Assembly: GCA_964016885.1 (NCBI GenBank)
Contig: OZ024740.1
Span: 21,328,001-21,392,000 of the forward strand
Reading direction: 5' to 3'
DNA: 64,000 nucleotides
DNA from: Eledone cirrhosa
Lineage: Eukaryota
Both the position numbers and the translations under genes were made by a program. The notes under the pieces were generated by a model that was not told the DNA's origin, did no database searches, and saw only the letters and a list, made by a program, of their open reading frames with translations. Each line of letters starts with the position of its first letter. Position 1 is the first letter of the stretch. Below are positions 27,401-41,392 of this stretch, piece after piece.

Positions 27401-27835
27401 ATTTGGTCTCCTAGTTAGAATCTTAGTCTACGACTTCTGCTATACCATTTACGTGGTTTTGTCTTTGCGTGCTTTTGTTCTCCACGCTCCACATATGACT
27501 TATTATCTTCGTTTTTTCGTTCATTGCCAGAGAACGTCTCTATGCACCACCTAAGAGAACATTAGTCTACGACCTCTTTTATACCATAAACATGGTTTTG
27601 TCTTTGCGCGTAATTGTTTTTCACCGCTCCTATTAATGACGTATTATTCGTTTTTTCCCGTTCTTTGCCAGCGAACGTTACCACGAACCAAAGTATCGTC
27701 TTCCTGTCTTCCTCCGGTTGCAACGTTTTTTGAAATATCCAGTTCTGCGTTTACAGATTGACTTTGTTAGTTTCAGAAGATCCCGTTAAGGGTGAAAGCA
27801 GCGATTCTTTGCTTAAACTTTAATCTGTTATTTTA

Positions 27836-27840
<5 letters not shown>
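24417..27840. mobile_element. Penelope-like element fold-back (YRDD RT lineage)
   Basis: Minus arm 24417-27150 carries RT and GIY-YIG; plus arm 27163-27840 mirrors ~24505-25187; (TA)n on both sides. Confidence 0.93.
25505..27150 (-). pseudogene. PLE RT plus GIY-YIG, disrupted
   Basis: LKDHKSNF..RLINPTKSDLGRLSK, FDINNYYSSI, DVSMGASASAEV, LYRDDGL, SNHP, CDLCAAEA; contains stops and frameshifts. Confidence 0.9.
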
Positions 27841-27916
<76 letters not shown>

Positions 27917-27921
<5 letters not shown>

Positions 27922-28468
27922 GAAATGGGTGGTGGTTGAAATATATCACGTGAATGTTTAAATTGATATTAGCGCGAGCTGGTTTCGAGCCAAATGTAGG
28001 TTTGTCGAAGAGTGCCCTTTTCCGCTTGATTGAGTTGCATCATGTTGAGTGGTCAAGAGTTCAGGTGTCTATTAAGACAAATATGTGTGTGTGTAGTAAA
28101 GTGGTTTATTGTTGTGATAATGAAAATGAACGGTCAGTAGGAATGAGTATGTACGTGTGTGTGTGTGTGTGGGGGGGGGGTATTTTAACATCTTGAAACA
28201 TATTTTTCAGCTCTTGTTTTACACGGTGAAGTGGCGTGTGTGTGTGTCTGTCTGTATATTAGTGTTCGCGTGTGCATGCGTGTGTGTGTGTGTGTGTGTG
28301 TGTGTGGATGGACCAGTATTTTTGTGGTACTGGTAAAAGTGGCGTACATTATTCGATATTTTCAGTCATGACTGCAACTCAATCAAGCAGAAAAGGACAC
28401 TCTTCGAGAAACCTACATTTGGCGCGAAACCAGCTCGCGCTAATATCAATTTAAACATTCACGTGACT
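27917..28468. mobile_element. non-autonomous element starting with the Helitron's terminal 26 bp, with a ~95-bp internal inverted repeat
   Basis: TTTGTGAAATGGGTGGTGGTTGAAA is the reverse complement of 20415-20440; arms ~27946-28040 and ~28372-28466. Confidence 0.55.
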
Positions 28469-28863
28469 TCTACCGACCAATCAAAATTGTTTTGACTACA
28501 AGAATTTTTGCAACACGAATTGGCGCGAAATTTATAGTTCTTATTCACGTGACATTCAACAACCAGCCAATTCTTAATACCTCCCAAGCCACTTTTTTCA
28601 CATAAAACAGGAAAAATTTCCAAAACTGATCAGATTAGAGCAAAAATCACGAGCACTCTATCTCAAAATTATTTTTGAAAAGCATAAGAAATCCGCAACC
28701 GGTAAAACCTTAAAACTAAAACTGAATACTAACTAATACTTATTACTAATTTATACTTATTCCTAATTAAACTATTTTTCACTGGGAAAATTTGCCAGCA
28801 TTTTCTTTTCCTTTTTACTAATATATCACAACTCGTGTGTCACACCTCTATTTTTTTTTAATT

Positions 28864-28920
<57 letters not shown>

Positions 28921-28926
<6 letters not shown>

Positions 28927-29400
28927 ATACTTGGGGAGGATCATATTGTTGTAATAATATTGCCAGAAATAATAACAGAACACACTCACTGTTTGGTTGG
29001 TTTTCGCTTCTGTATTTTTTATATCTCCATAGTTAATTTATTTGGCAATTAATGTTTATCATTGATTGACAAACGGTTAAAAATACAGATATAAATATAT
29101 ATATATATAGTCTATCAAAGTTCTTCCGTTGCACATCTGCAACATCATCAGTGGTACTATTATGTTTCCTCCTGTTGTATTGTATGTCTACGCAATTTTT
29201 ATTTTATTTATTTATTTATTTATTTTTTGTCTCCGTCCCTGAGCAAGCGTTTGCGTGTGTGTATAATGTTTGGTGTGTGTGTTCGCGTTTGAGTGTATGT
29301 GCTTTTGTTTCTGTATTCTATCTTTGATTACTAGTGTGTGTTCATGGGTCTTTGTTGTTATTGTACCTTTATATATATACAGTGTGTTCTGTTATTATTA
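28921..29400 (-). mobile_element. diverged solo 3' end of PLE family A
   Basis: Similar to 60695-61130, including the degenerate hammerhead GTTGCACATCTGCAACATCATCAG. Confidence 0.75.
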
Positions 29401-29403
29401 TGG

Positions 29404-29447
<44 letters not shown>

Positions 29448-29810
29448 TCGCAACGCGTAAAAGTGCGAAGATTCAGCTTACGTAAATATAATTATTTAGC
29501 CTTGGGTCGGGTTTGATGAAGGGGAACAAAGGTATTTGTTGCACCAGCGTTCAGCCGACGTACATTATTCAATGTGTTCTATCATTTTGTTTGAGGTTCA
29601 TGCACGAATGATGGTAAATGTGTATGTGTGTGCTTGTGTGTGTGTGTGTGAGTGTGTGTGGGTGTGTGAGAGAGAGATAGAGATAGAGAGAGAGTGTGTG
29701 TGTTTGTGCGTGTTTATGTATATGCGCATGCGCCCGTTAACTTGCATGCTAATGGTTAACCAAATCTCCTTAATATATAACCGATGTCTGTAACATTTCT
29801 CTAATTTCAG

Positions 29811-29866
29811 TGATTCTTATAGCATTCACCTTTGATGCTGAGACACCGTCAGGCGAAAAGGTATAG
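29811..29866 (+). CDS. terminal coding exon of the MFS transporter
   Basis: Acceptor ...CTAATTTCAG; the phase-1 join with exon 6261-6360 gives ...GGLSII-VILIAFTFDAETPSGEKV*, completing the last TM helix and a short tail. Confidence 0.7.
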
Positions 29867-30097
29867 CTACGGGTTCTATACTCGGCCCCAACCAATCAAA
29901 TTCAACTGCTGATCAACGTGACGCTAAATCCAAAGAAATACCAAGTTTACCTTCATACGTGTGCAAAACCAAGACTTATTTTCACCACATAAGATTAGAA
30001 TCGAACCTTTGATATGGATCTTTCTAATATTCTTAAAGACGTTATCTTTTTTGGTTTTCATGACAACCAAAGTAAACACCGATTTTATACATTTAAT

Positions 30098-30172
<75 letters not shown>

Positions 30173-30253
30173 TATATATATATATACACACATATATATA
30201 TATACACACATATATATATACACACACACACATATATATATACACACACACAC

Positions 30254-30338
<85 letters not shown>

Positions 30339-30341
30339 TAT

Positions 30342-30374
<33 letters not shown>

Positions 30375-30703
30375 CACATATATATATTAAAATATATATA
30401 TATGTGTGTGTATGTATGTATACAAGTGGTGGGCAAGAAAAAAGAAAAACGGACGAAACACAGGACAATCCCTTCTCATCCGTCGATTTCAGGAGGACCA
30501 TATGTTTTCAGTGCATTATTACAGTAATTCACTGGGGTAATTGCAGGCCTTGTGCCAAAAGTAGAAATAATATCGATGTAATACACATTTACGTAGCAAA
30601 CATATGCATACGAGAAAGTCATACACCCATACACGAGAACAATTTATATATATACACATGTGAGAAACATATTGATACAAAAATACGTACATTAATAGTA
30701 TAA

Positions 30704-30890
30704 GGGCATTGGATTGGCAGTATCGGTAGAGGGTCGGACGCCATGCTTTCCACCATAGTTACGTCCCTTTACGATCTGAGTTCAAATCCCGCCGAGGTTG
30801 ACTTTGCCTTTCATCCTTACGGGGTCGATAAAATAAAGTACCAGTAATGCACTGGATAATTGCTGGCCTTGTGCCTAAAGTAGAAACAAT
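30704..30890 (+). mobile_element. Nin/Deu-type SINE
   Basis: Full copy with TSD ATTAATAGTATAAG. Confidence 0.92.
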
Positions 30891-31116
30891 TAATAGTATA
30901 AGCATATGTGTGTGTGTTTAGGTACTTGCATATATATATTATGTATATTTGCATACCCCCCCCCATATATATATATATATATTTGCGTGTGTGCGTATAT
31001 CTTTATGGGGGTGTGCATGTGTATTGGGGCTTGCGTGTGCATATATTTACATATATACATATATGTATATATATATAGGTATATGCATATATATATATAT
31101 ATATATATGCATATAT

Positions 31117-31167
<51 letters not shown>

Positions 31168-31391
31168 TATATATATTGATTGGAAGGAAATATTTGACCA
31201 TGAGGTACTATGGGTCCTGACTTCACACAGGTGCGTCTTCTGGATTTTTTTGAAGACTCTCGTAAGTGTGACGTCACGAGCAGAATCCGTAGGAAGTTCC
31301 AAATATTGTCTTCCTCAATATACTAACTCTATATCTCACCATGTATTGAGTACTTTGATTAGCTGTCTTAGGACCACAAACACTCCATATA

Positions 31392-31463
31392 CAAGGTGTT
31401 CCCAAAAGTGTATACACACATCGACAGCATTTGAAGTGTGTATACATTTTTGGGGACACCCTG
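31392..31463. mobile_element. 72-bp Tc1/mariner MITE
   Basis: TA-CAAGGTGTTCCCAAAAGTGTATACAC...GTGTATACATTTTTGGGGACACCCTG-TA. Confidence 0.75.
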
Positions 31464-31642
31464 TATATATATATATATATACAATACATTTAAATGTTGG
31501 CTCCACGACTGAACCATCCATTTTGGGCATCTCTTAACCTTGCATTAGGGTCAGAACTAGTATTATGCAGCATATGACTGTTTCATAGAAATACCAAACT
31601 TGTGATTCAACCTGAGAGCCAATATATATATATATATATATA

Positions 31643-31762
31643 TAGGAACCAGTAAGACCCCGACAGCTGAGCTCAAGCCGTTTCGACGGCTAATTCTGGA
31701 CTCGTCCAGAATTAGCCGTCGAAACGGCTTGAGCTCAGCTGTCGGGGTTTTACTGGTTCCTA
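31643..31762. repeat. near-perfect 120-bp hairpin; related copies at 2858-2910 and 34560-34662
   Basis: TAGGAACCAGTAAGACCCCGACAGCTGAGCTCAAGCCGTTTCGAC... mirrored around CTCG. Confidence 0.85.
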
Positions 31763-31844
31763 TTACCCACTCTACTACCTCAAGTATCGAGTACTTTGGT
31801 GCGTTATGGTCCACCTGGTTCCTTACCACATTTCCTTCGTTATA

Positions 31845-31918
<74 letters not shown>

Positions 31919-31919
31919 G

Positions 31920-31974
<55 letters not shown>

Positions 31975-32030
31975 TATAGATATATATATATACACATATA
32001 ATATTTATATTATATATTATATATATATAT

Positions 32031-32115
<85 letters not shown>

Positions 32116-32174
32116 TAGATAGATATAATATGTATATTATATATATATGTAGATTATATATATATATATATATA

Positions 32175-32590
32175 TTATGAAGAGAGAAGAAACATTTAGA
32201 TATAATTAGTAATAAGATGTATCATACCTAAACTTCTCGCCCCCTTAACCACCTCTTCTACCGCTTCGATATAAATACCCCCTCCGATTCCGTGGTATTT
32301 TTGTCGGGGTTCTAAGGGGCTTAGCTCTGTTTCTTGACCGTTGTATCACGTGACTGTCTCCCCCTCCGCCTTTTGGGATTCTTTCTCACATCATATAGAC
32401 GCGTTCTTGAGGCTAGTAAAACGAGGTATCCTCTTGATAAGTCGGCAGACCTCGCAAAGGCTCTATATCTATATGATGTATTGTTTTTGTTTATGCCACG
32501 AAACTACGTAGTCGAGAAATCTAGAAGCAGTTTAGGTATGATACATCTTATTACTAATTATATCTAAATGTTTCTTCTCTCTTCATAATG
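32175..32590. mobile_element. fold-back element with ~60-bp arms and an internal hammerhead
   Basis: ATTATGAAGAGAGAAGAAACATTTAG...CCTAAACT mirrored at 32529-32589. Confidence 0.75.
32431..32517 (+). ncRNA. hammerhead motif, U3-A8 variant
   Basis: CTC-TTGATAA-GTCGGCA...TGCCAC-GAAA-CTACGTAG-TC-GAG; 8-nt palindromic loop III, GUC triplet. Confidence 0.75.
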
Positions 32591-33218
32591 TATTTTTAGC
32601 TCTGATACTGGTTCAGTCTAATCCATTCGGATTGGTTTGTCCAAGTTATTCATAGAGCAACATCGGTTAAGGTTAGCACCATTAACTCAAGGATGGATGT
32701 GGATATATTCATGTATATGTGTGTGTCCGCATGTATCTGTGGGTTCCTCAATATATTATATATATAGATAGATAGATAGATATATATACTATGTATATTA
32801 TATATATATGTATATTATATATGTATATTATATATGTATATATATATATATAATATGTATATAAATGTATATATATAAAATTTATATTATATATATATAT
32901 ATGTGTGTGTGAGTGTGTATACTATAGATATTATATATATGCATATTACACACACGCACGCACACACATACACAAGAACACACACACACACACATACATA
33001 TATATATATAAATCATAGCAAGGAGAGAAAAAACAGATATATACGTCCGATCCACCCGTAGTTAATATGTCCCTTGCCGTGGTGGTATTATATCACCTCC
33101 CACATATATTTATGTATCTTTCACTCCTCAATATGATTTATAAAGAGCTCGGAGTTTGTTACTTGAGCTTATTTGATTGTAGAGTATTATTGAGAGTTTG
33201 TAACTCGACCTTTTCATT

Positions 33219-33254
<36 letters not shown>

Positions 33255-33364
33255 ATAATAATAAATTTGAAGACTAAAATCGAAAGAGGGCTTGATAAGG
33301 ATAAATATATATCAAATATATAAGAACCGTAGAGCAAATATTTATTAAAATAAATCTGTTATTT

Positions 33365-33399
<35 letters not shown>

Positions 33400-33402
<3 letters not shown>

Positions 33403-33960
33403 AAACAAATAGTAGAAAAGTAAAAGATTTTTTCAGTAGAAAATGTTGAAGAGGTTTTTTCAGTGAAATATCAAAACATTAATTTATTTACAATACCGGT
33501 TTCACCATTATAAGCATCGTCAATTGCGGATATGCGGAATATTGTTAAGTTGCATATTTGTACAAATAGTAATAGTAATAATAAGAAAAAGAAAAAGGGG
33601 AAGAAAAATTAATTTTCACATACATGTTAATTCTCTGCTAATAGCTAGGTTTTGACTGGAGAGGGTAGAAGATTCTGAACAACTAACAGAGAAAGAAGGA
33701 CAAACACGGACAGAGGTGCGAACTTTCCTATCTAAATATGTATGTAAAAACTATAATTTTCCTCCCGCTTTTTATTATTCGTATAAATATGCAACATAAC
33801 TACTACATTATGCATATCTGCAGTTGAAAAAAGCATATAATGCTGAAACCGGTACCATTATTATATGCGGAAATACCCACTTTATAAATAAATGTTTTGA
33901 TATTATACTCCAGCATTTTCTACTGAAAAAATCTTTTCCACTCTTCTATTTGTTTTTATA
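33400..33960. mobile_element. old, diverged fold-back with hammerhead-like motifs
   Basis: Arms share CAGTAGAAAATG/CATTTTCTACTG; cores TTGACGA (minus, ~33491-33527) and TTGAAAA (plus, ~33820-33857), both followed by GAAACCGGTA. Confidence 0.65.
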
Positions 33961-33988
33961 TATATCAACACGCTTGTTACTTTTCTAC

Positions 33989-34052
<64 letters not shown>

Positions 34053-34732
34053 TTTCTAATTCACGCAGAAACCTGGGAGAAGGGCACGGTTAATTAAATC
34101 GATACCAGTATATGACTGGTACTTTATTTAATCTAACACGAAATGATGAGAGGCAAAATTGACCTCAACGAGATTTCAACGCAGAATATAATGAGCATCT
34201 TGTCCGTAGCTCTAACAATTTTGACAATCCAGCAGCTAACTTTCCAAATATATATTAAATCCACTTTATGATATATATTGTATATGTTGTTAAATAGTGG
34301 TCTTTTTAGTTATATAACTACTTCATACTATATATATATTTATATACATATAATACACATACACACACAAGCACAAACATATATATAGATATGTACACGC
34401 ATAAATACATATATATATATGTATGTATATATATATATGTATGTATATATATGTGTATATATATATACATATATATGTCCAAACCCATGCTAGCGTGGAA
34501 GATGGACGTTAAACGATGATGATGATGATGATGATGATGTATATATATATATATATATTAAAGAGTCGGGAACCGACGGCTGAGCTCTTGCCGTTTCAAT
34601 ATCTAGTTCCAGACTAGAACTGTTGAAAGGGCAAGAGCTCAGTCGTCGGGTCCCGACTCTTTATAATACCCCAAATACCGAGTACTCTGTTAGTAATAGA
34701 CTAACCAGTTTCAAACTGAATCCATCCTGATT

Positions 34733-34845
<113 letters not shown>

Positions 34846-35068
34846 GTCTATTTAAATATTATTTTTTCTTTAATTTGACTGAATAGATAATTTTCTATTT
34901 GTTGCATTAATTATAACCGGTTTCGATTGGTATGTCAATCTGATCAAATATTAAATATTAAAAAAACTTTCTTCATGTATTGTGTGAGTAGTTTGAATAT
35001 ATATATGTATGTGTGTCTATGTATGTTGGTGTCTGTGTGAGTACTTGTGTATATGTTTGTGTGTCTGC

Positions 35069-35106
<38 letters not shown>

Positions 35107-35114
35107 TTAATATT

Positions 35115-35245
35115 TAATATAGAAATGGCTTCTACAGGAAATAGAACTGTTTCATTCGAAGGAAATCATCAGGCTCTCCTAATGATTTCCTTCGAATGAA
35201 ACATTTCTAGTCCTGACGAAGCCATTTCTATATTAGATATTGTAT
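35115..35245. mobile_element. mini fold-back with hammerhead-like arms
   Basis: TAGAAATGGCTTC...GAAGCCATTTCTA; the minus strand reads CTGATGA-TTTCCTTCGAAT-GAAA-CAGTTC-TA. Confidence 0.65.
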
Positions 35246-35328
35246 ATACTCGGCCATGTATTGAGTATCTTACTTACTGTAGTTACCCGGAATACACATA
35301 TTTATTGAAGCCGGAATACACATATTTA

Positions 35329-35370
<42 letters not shown>

Positions 35371-35399
35371 AAAGAATAGAGGTGTAACACACAAGTTAT

Positions 35400-35793
35400 T
35401 ATATATTGGTAAACGGAATAGAAAATCCTGACAAATTGTTCACAGTTGAAAAATGGTTTAATTAGGAATAAAAGAGTATTAGTGATTGTATGGGTTAGTA
35501 TTCAGTTGTGGTTTTAAGTTTTTAGGTTTTTACCGGTTGCGCATTTCTAAATGCTTTTCAAAAATAATTTTGAGATAGAGTGTCCGTGCTGTTTGCTCTG
35601 ATTAGAGCAAACAGCACGGACACTCTATCTCAAAATTATTTTTGAAAAGCATTTAGAAATGCGCAACCGGTAAAAACCTAAAAACTTAAAACCACAACTG
35701 AATACTAACCCATACAATCACTAATACTCTTTTATTCCTAATTAAACCATTTTTCAACTGTGAACAATTTGTCAGCATTTTCTATTCCGTTTA

Positions 35794-35800
<7 letters not shown>
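35400..35800. mobile_element. near-perfect 400-bp fold-back; solo relative at 28635-28820
   Basis: Centre at ~35601; degenerate TTGAAAA-GCATTT-AG-AAATGC-GCAA-CCGG-TA motif. Confidence 0.85.
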
Positions 35801-35833
<33 letters not shown>

Positions 35834-36117
35834 TATATGGGCAAGATAATTGCGTCTGTAGGCGGTATACCGGGTGAGCACTCGATGCTCTCGCAGAACA
35901 GAGTATATTAATATAGGAATAAAGCAACAAAGAATCAGTATTGCATCATAACATATTTAATTACATATTGCATTTGAAAATCAGAGATGAGCTTTCGATT
36001 CCAGAGTCAGTTTCGATTAATAATAGATCGTTCCTCGAGCTGATCGACAGTGAAACATATGTAATATGTTATAAAATATGTTATGATGCAACACTGACTT
36101 TTGTTCCTTTATTCTTA

Positions 36118-36171
<54 letters not shown>

Positions 36172-36199
36172 ATATATAGAGAGTATTTACGTATCGAGA

Positions 36200-38272
36200 G
36201 AGAGAAAAAAGGAGGGTAGGTGATACTTGTAGTTATTTGCCCAAATAGCGTATGCAGAAGGTGCTCAATACTAGTGCCGGCAGTGTTAAATATTAGAAAT
36301 GTTAATATTTAGTGGGCGAGAGAATTAGCAGAGCGTAAGCACGTGGAAAAGTAAGGAATAGGAGAATAGACCGTTAATACATGTTTATTTAAAACATCAC
36401 CTACGTACGTTTCGCACGGATGGGCTTCTCAAGGGCCCGGAAAGTGTTTTTGGGGGTAAGTTCACGTCAGAGTTCATTCTTCGCAAAAAAAGCGTGTTTT
36501 GATTTTGCAGTAGGTCAAGGGAGGTAACTCTGGCCGCTGTTAGGGCAGTATTTCTCGGACAAATATTTTATCCGTTACAAGATGTGGTTACAACCTTCCC
36601 ATTGTCGATACGCACAGGGTCAGGTAAGTAACGTTTGTTTTGAGACGTTTGTTTTTCTGCACCTGTTTGCCTGTGACATTTGAAGCTGGGTCTGGGATGC
36701 ATGGTTAGTTTCCGGTTGTTTTTTGCAGCACCTGCCCGCCGGGGTGTTAAAGCTTGTTGCAGGGAGACCCGGTATACAGTTTCACTCCTCATCGTTATCC
36801 CATCTGAAGAAGGATATTTTTAAGCGATGTGTACAGCTTATCGTCGTTTCAGCTCTGCTCTTGATGAGCTCGTGGGGTGCCGTTATGATGTGGTAGAGCT
36901 CCATGAGGCAAAGTTCGCACTTCCTCTTGAAGTTGTACGGTGCAGCCCTGCCAACAATATCCCAGTGTGTGGAGAAGCTGATGTTTAAGTCTTTTAATGA
37001 TGTGATGTAGTCCGCGAGAGCAGTGGCGTGTCTTAATTTCTTATTTGTGAAAGAGTAGAGATGTGTTCGAAATATAAATTTGAACGGGCCAGAGGTAGCC
37101 CTTATGTAATGTCTAACGCTATTGTGGCTAGTTACAGTGCACCTATATATAACCCTATCAGTCAAGCAGTATCCCCTAAGGGGGAAGCGTCCCCTGTCGC
37201 GGCAGTTGTAATTTCGGTCGCGGTCCCTTCTAATTCTCACGGTAAGGCTATCACGGTATTGCTATCTACGTTGTTATCTACGCTCCCGCACCTGTCGTTA
37301 GCACCATTATAACCCACTGTGCGCGGGGTGGTACCATAATTATTCCGCACGTCATATCCTGCATGTTCCCCAGTTATGTCGCGGTTATGCTGGTTGCGCC
37401 TGTAGAGGCTGTTGCCAGCACTATTGGATGCTGTTACGGAGTCGTTAAGGCCGATATAGTTATTGTCAGGTGTAAGTGCATCGGTGCTAAGGTGCTGTGT
37501 CTTGGTGCTCTTACTGTTATTAGTTGTTCCTATGATGTCTGCTAGGTTAGGAGTAATAGAGAAGGATATTTTTATATTGTTCCTATTAAGGATTTTTCTA
37601 TACCTATGGTTGGGTGGGAAGTTCTTCTCTAAGGCTTCGAGGGGCGTACGGGTTTGTGTACTTTTCTATTTCTAATCTGGTAACTATATCTTCCCTACTC
37701 TATTTATGTCATTTAGGGTACTAATGGGTGTCTTTTTGCAGTCTTTGTATAGTTCCTTATAAATGAATTGTTTATACTTGTTCGCGTCCATCTTGTACAG
37801 CTTCTTGGTCTTCCTTGTCTCCCTGCAACAAGCTTTAACACCTCGGCGGGCAGGTGCTGCAAAAAACATCCGGAAACTAACCATGCATCCCAGACCCAGC
37901 TTCAAATGACCCAGGCGAATAGGTGCAGAAAAACAAACGTCTCAAAACAAACGTTGCTTACCTGGCCCTGTGCGTATCGACAATGGTAAGGTTGTAATCA
38001 CATCTTGTAACGGATAAAATATTTGTCCGGGAAAGACTGCCCTAACACCGGCCAGAGTTACCTCACTTGACCTACTGCAAAATCAAAACACGCTTTTTTG
38101 TGAAGAATGAACTCTGACGTGAACTTACCCGCCAAAACACTTTCCGGGCCATGTAAGGAACACTTTTAGTTATTTATTCCCTTGAGAAGCCCATCCGGGC
38201 GAAACGTACGTAGGTGGTGTTTTAAATAAACATGTATTAACGGTCTATTCTCCTATTTCTTACTTTTCCACG
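36200..38272. mobile_element. Penelope-like element fold-back with internal deletion
   Basis: Minus arm has GIY-YIG (VIYRC..HYIRATSG, CELCLMEL) and then jumps to an N-terminal RT piece (KTKKLYKM); plus arm ~37817-38272 mirrors 36343-36768. Confidence 0.88.
38176..38218 (+). ncRNA. hammerhead motif, U3-A8 variant (mirror ~36398-36436)
   Basis: CC-TTGAGAA-GCCC-ATCC-GGGC-GAAA-CGTACG-TA-GG. Confidence 0.7.
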
Positions 38273-38314
<42 letters not shown>

Positions 38315-38335
38315 TACATATATATATAGAAATGA

Positions 38336-38409
<74 letters not shown>

Positions 38410-38509
38410 GACAGGAAAAACATTTTTTTCTTCCTAATAATCGTCTTGTTTTCCCTGTTTTCATATATATATATATATCCTAACTCGTGTGATTCCTCTC
38501 TACATTTTT

Positions 38510-38572
<63 letters not shown>

Positions 38573-38573
<1 letters not shown>

Positions 38574-41145
38574 AAATGTGGAGAGGAAGCACACGAGTTA
38601 GGATATATATATATATGAAAACAGGGAGAAAAAGACGATTATTAGGAAGAATAATATATATTTTTTTCCTTTTTTATTTCTCTCTCTCTCTTTTCTGGGT
38701 TAGAAAATGATTAAAACGAAATATTTTACTTTTTGTGAAGTGTTAAGGTATTAGTTGATTTATTTATTAATGAACAATGGCATTTATTTATTTATATATT
38801 TAATAATTGTCTATTACCGGTTTCAGCATTTTAATCATTATCAAACGATAGTGATATGTATTGGTGTAGAATGGTGGTGTTGGACATGTTAAAGAAATGG
38901 TGCAGAAAGAATAATATTATTTACAAACAAGGTTTATGAAGTAAAAAGAAAAAAGAAAAAAAGTGGCGTAATGTAGAGAATAAAAAGTCAATGTGAAAGA
39001 ACAAAATAATGTTATTTACTGGCAGAGTTCTTGAAGTTAAGCAGATCAAAATGTGTTAATATAGCAAGGGAGCTTAGTTGATCCATGATGGAGGCAAATG
39101 GTGGACTGGAGTTTTATATGATTTCCCTTTTTAGAGAGTTAATATGCAGGGGAGGTAATTCATGCTGGATGATATTTAATTTATTTAAGAAAAAGGATTA
39201 GGTAGGGTGTGAGGGAGGTAACTCTTGTAAATATTTGATTGTTCGTTCCAGTTTTAGTTTAGCCCGAAGTTTAGTGCATTAAGTAGAGGTTGGAATTTGT
39301 TAATGAAATATGTTTCCTTATTGGTACCATGGATGAAAGAAGCGTTGTCTATGAATTTGCAAATGGGGAAAATCTTTAAGTTTGGATGTTGGTTGGGTGC
39401 ACCGTTGGCGATATGTTCACTAAATGCAATCTTTCTGTATTCCTGTATTTAGATTAGGTTTTCAGATGCACATGTAAAGTTGTGTTTAACTGTGAAATGT
39501 TGTCCTTGTTTAAAATGGAATATTGAACCTTCTATTAAATTTATGCATATGCCACAGTTGGGCCTTACGCATTTTGTTACTGTAGGGTTCATTGTGAGGG
39601 TTTGTTGGATTTTGGCTTGTGTGAGGATGTTTTTTATGGATTTAGGATGTCTTTTGCTCTTTATGAGGTTGTGTGTTTGGAGGATTTTGTTCATTCTTGG
39701 GTCTCTTTTTAGTAAAGGAATGTTCTGGAGGATGGTGTCGAATGCCTCATTGTTGAGGGGGTTGTGTGTGGAGATGTATGGTAGAGTTTTCTGTTGCAGT
39801 TCATTCCTGGATTTGGGGTGTATGAGTTTCTGGATGTCGAGTTTTAGGGCACGTTGGAATCCATTGTTGATTAGGGATGGTGGGTAGTTTCTGCTGATAA
39901 GTGTGTTTTTTAATTCTTCTAGTCGTGTGTAGCATGTGTATTTATCTGAAACTATTGTGCAGATCCTTCTGGCTAGGTTATAAGGAATTGCCATTTTGGT
40001 GTGTCTAGGGTGGCACTAGTTGAATGGAAGGTATTGTTTGTAGTCTGTGGGTTTGTAGTATATGTCTGTTTCTATTTTGTTGCTTGTTTTCTTGATGGGG
40101 ATGACGAGGAAAGGGAGTTGTTCATGGCTGTAATCCATTGTGAATTGTAAGTTATTGTTGTGTCCATTCAGAAGGATTTTGAAATCAAACAGTCTATCTA
40201 TACTTTCATGCCAGAGGATGAAGCAGTCGTCCAGATATCTCCTCCAGTTCTTTTCTATGTGTTGGTAGAAGTGGTTGCCGTATTTGTCTAGAACTTTGCG
40301 GTAGAGAATGGTTTCCAAATATCCCATGACAAGGTTGGCGTATGAGGGGGCTACTTTCGTGCCCATGGCAGTCCCAGATTTCTGTCTGTAGTATTTGGTA
40401 TTGAATTCGAAGAAATTGTTTTCCAAGATGAATTTCAGTCCCTCCAACCCAAATTCTTTAGGGATGCGCTGTGGAAGTTCACTGGGGAAATTTTCAAGCC
40501 AGAATTGAATCGCCTCTATACCTAGGTTGTATGGGATATTGCAATATAAATTGATGACATCAAAAAGGTTACTAGTAGGGTATCTTCATTATTGGGTGTT
40601 GTTGGGAGGTGGTTGAGCATGTCAAGGTCGTCCCTGCTGGGTGATTAAATATCTAACTCTCTAAAAAGGGAAATCATATAAAACTCCAGTCCACCATTTG
40701 CCTCCATCATGGATCAACTAAGCACCCTTGTTATATTAACACATTTTGATCTGCTTAACTTCAAGAACTCTGCCTGTAAATAACATTATTTTTGCTTTCA
40801 CATTGACTTTTTATGCTCCATATTACGCCCCTTTTTTTCTTTTTTCTTTTCACTTCATAAACCTTGTTTATAAATAACATTATTCTTTCTGCACCATTTC
40901 TTTAACATGTCCAACACCACCATTCTACACCAATACATATCACTATCATTTGATAATGCATAAAAATGCTGAAACCGGTAATAGACAATTATTAAATATA
41001 TAAATAAATAAATAAATGCCATTGTTAATTAATAAATAAATCAACTAATACCTTAACACTTCACACAAAGTAAAACATTTCGTTTTAATCATTTTCTAAC
41101 CCAGAAAAAAGAGAGAGAGAAATAAAAAAGGAAAAAAATATATTC
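38573..41145. mobile_element. Penelope-like element fold-back (YLDD RT lineage)
   Basis: Minus arm to ~40635 has RT (GTAMGTKVAPSYANL, RYLDDCF, YYKPTD) and a C..C..C..FTC..NLI GIY-YIG linker; plus arm ~40655-41145 mirrors 38655-39140. Confidence 0.92.
40945..40984 (+). ncRNA. hammerhead motif, U3-A8 variant (mirror ~38811-38850)
   Basis: AT-TTGATAA-TGCAT-AAAA-ATGCT-GAAA-CCGG-TA-AT. Confidence 0.6.
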
Positions 41146-41319
41146 CTTTTTTATTTATATATATATATAGTTGTGTATCTATATCAATGTTCTGAAGACT
41201 AGGATTTCAATTACCTGTTTAAACATTCTCTATGCTCCGATGATACAAGACATGCGTCTGGAAGAAACAATTGTTCGCAATTAAATGTATTAAACTAAGA
41301 TTTGATTGTTTTATATTTT

Positions 41320-41392
<73 letters not shown>

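Noticed and set aside
27770-27815. Hammerhead in the 24417-27840 PLE (CAGAAGA-TCCC-GTTAA-GGGT-GAAA)
   Set aside because: The core has U4 changed to A and there is no clear stem I or cleavage triplet, so it is not called.
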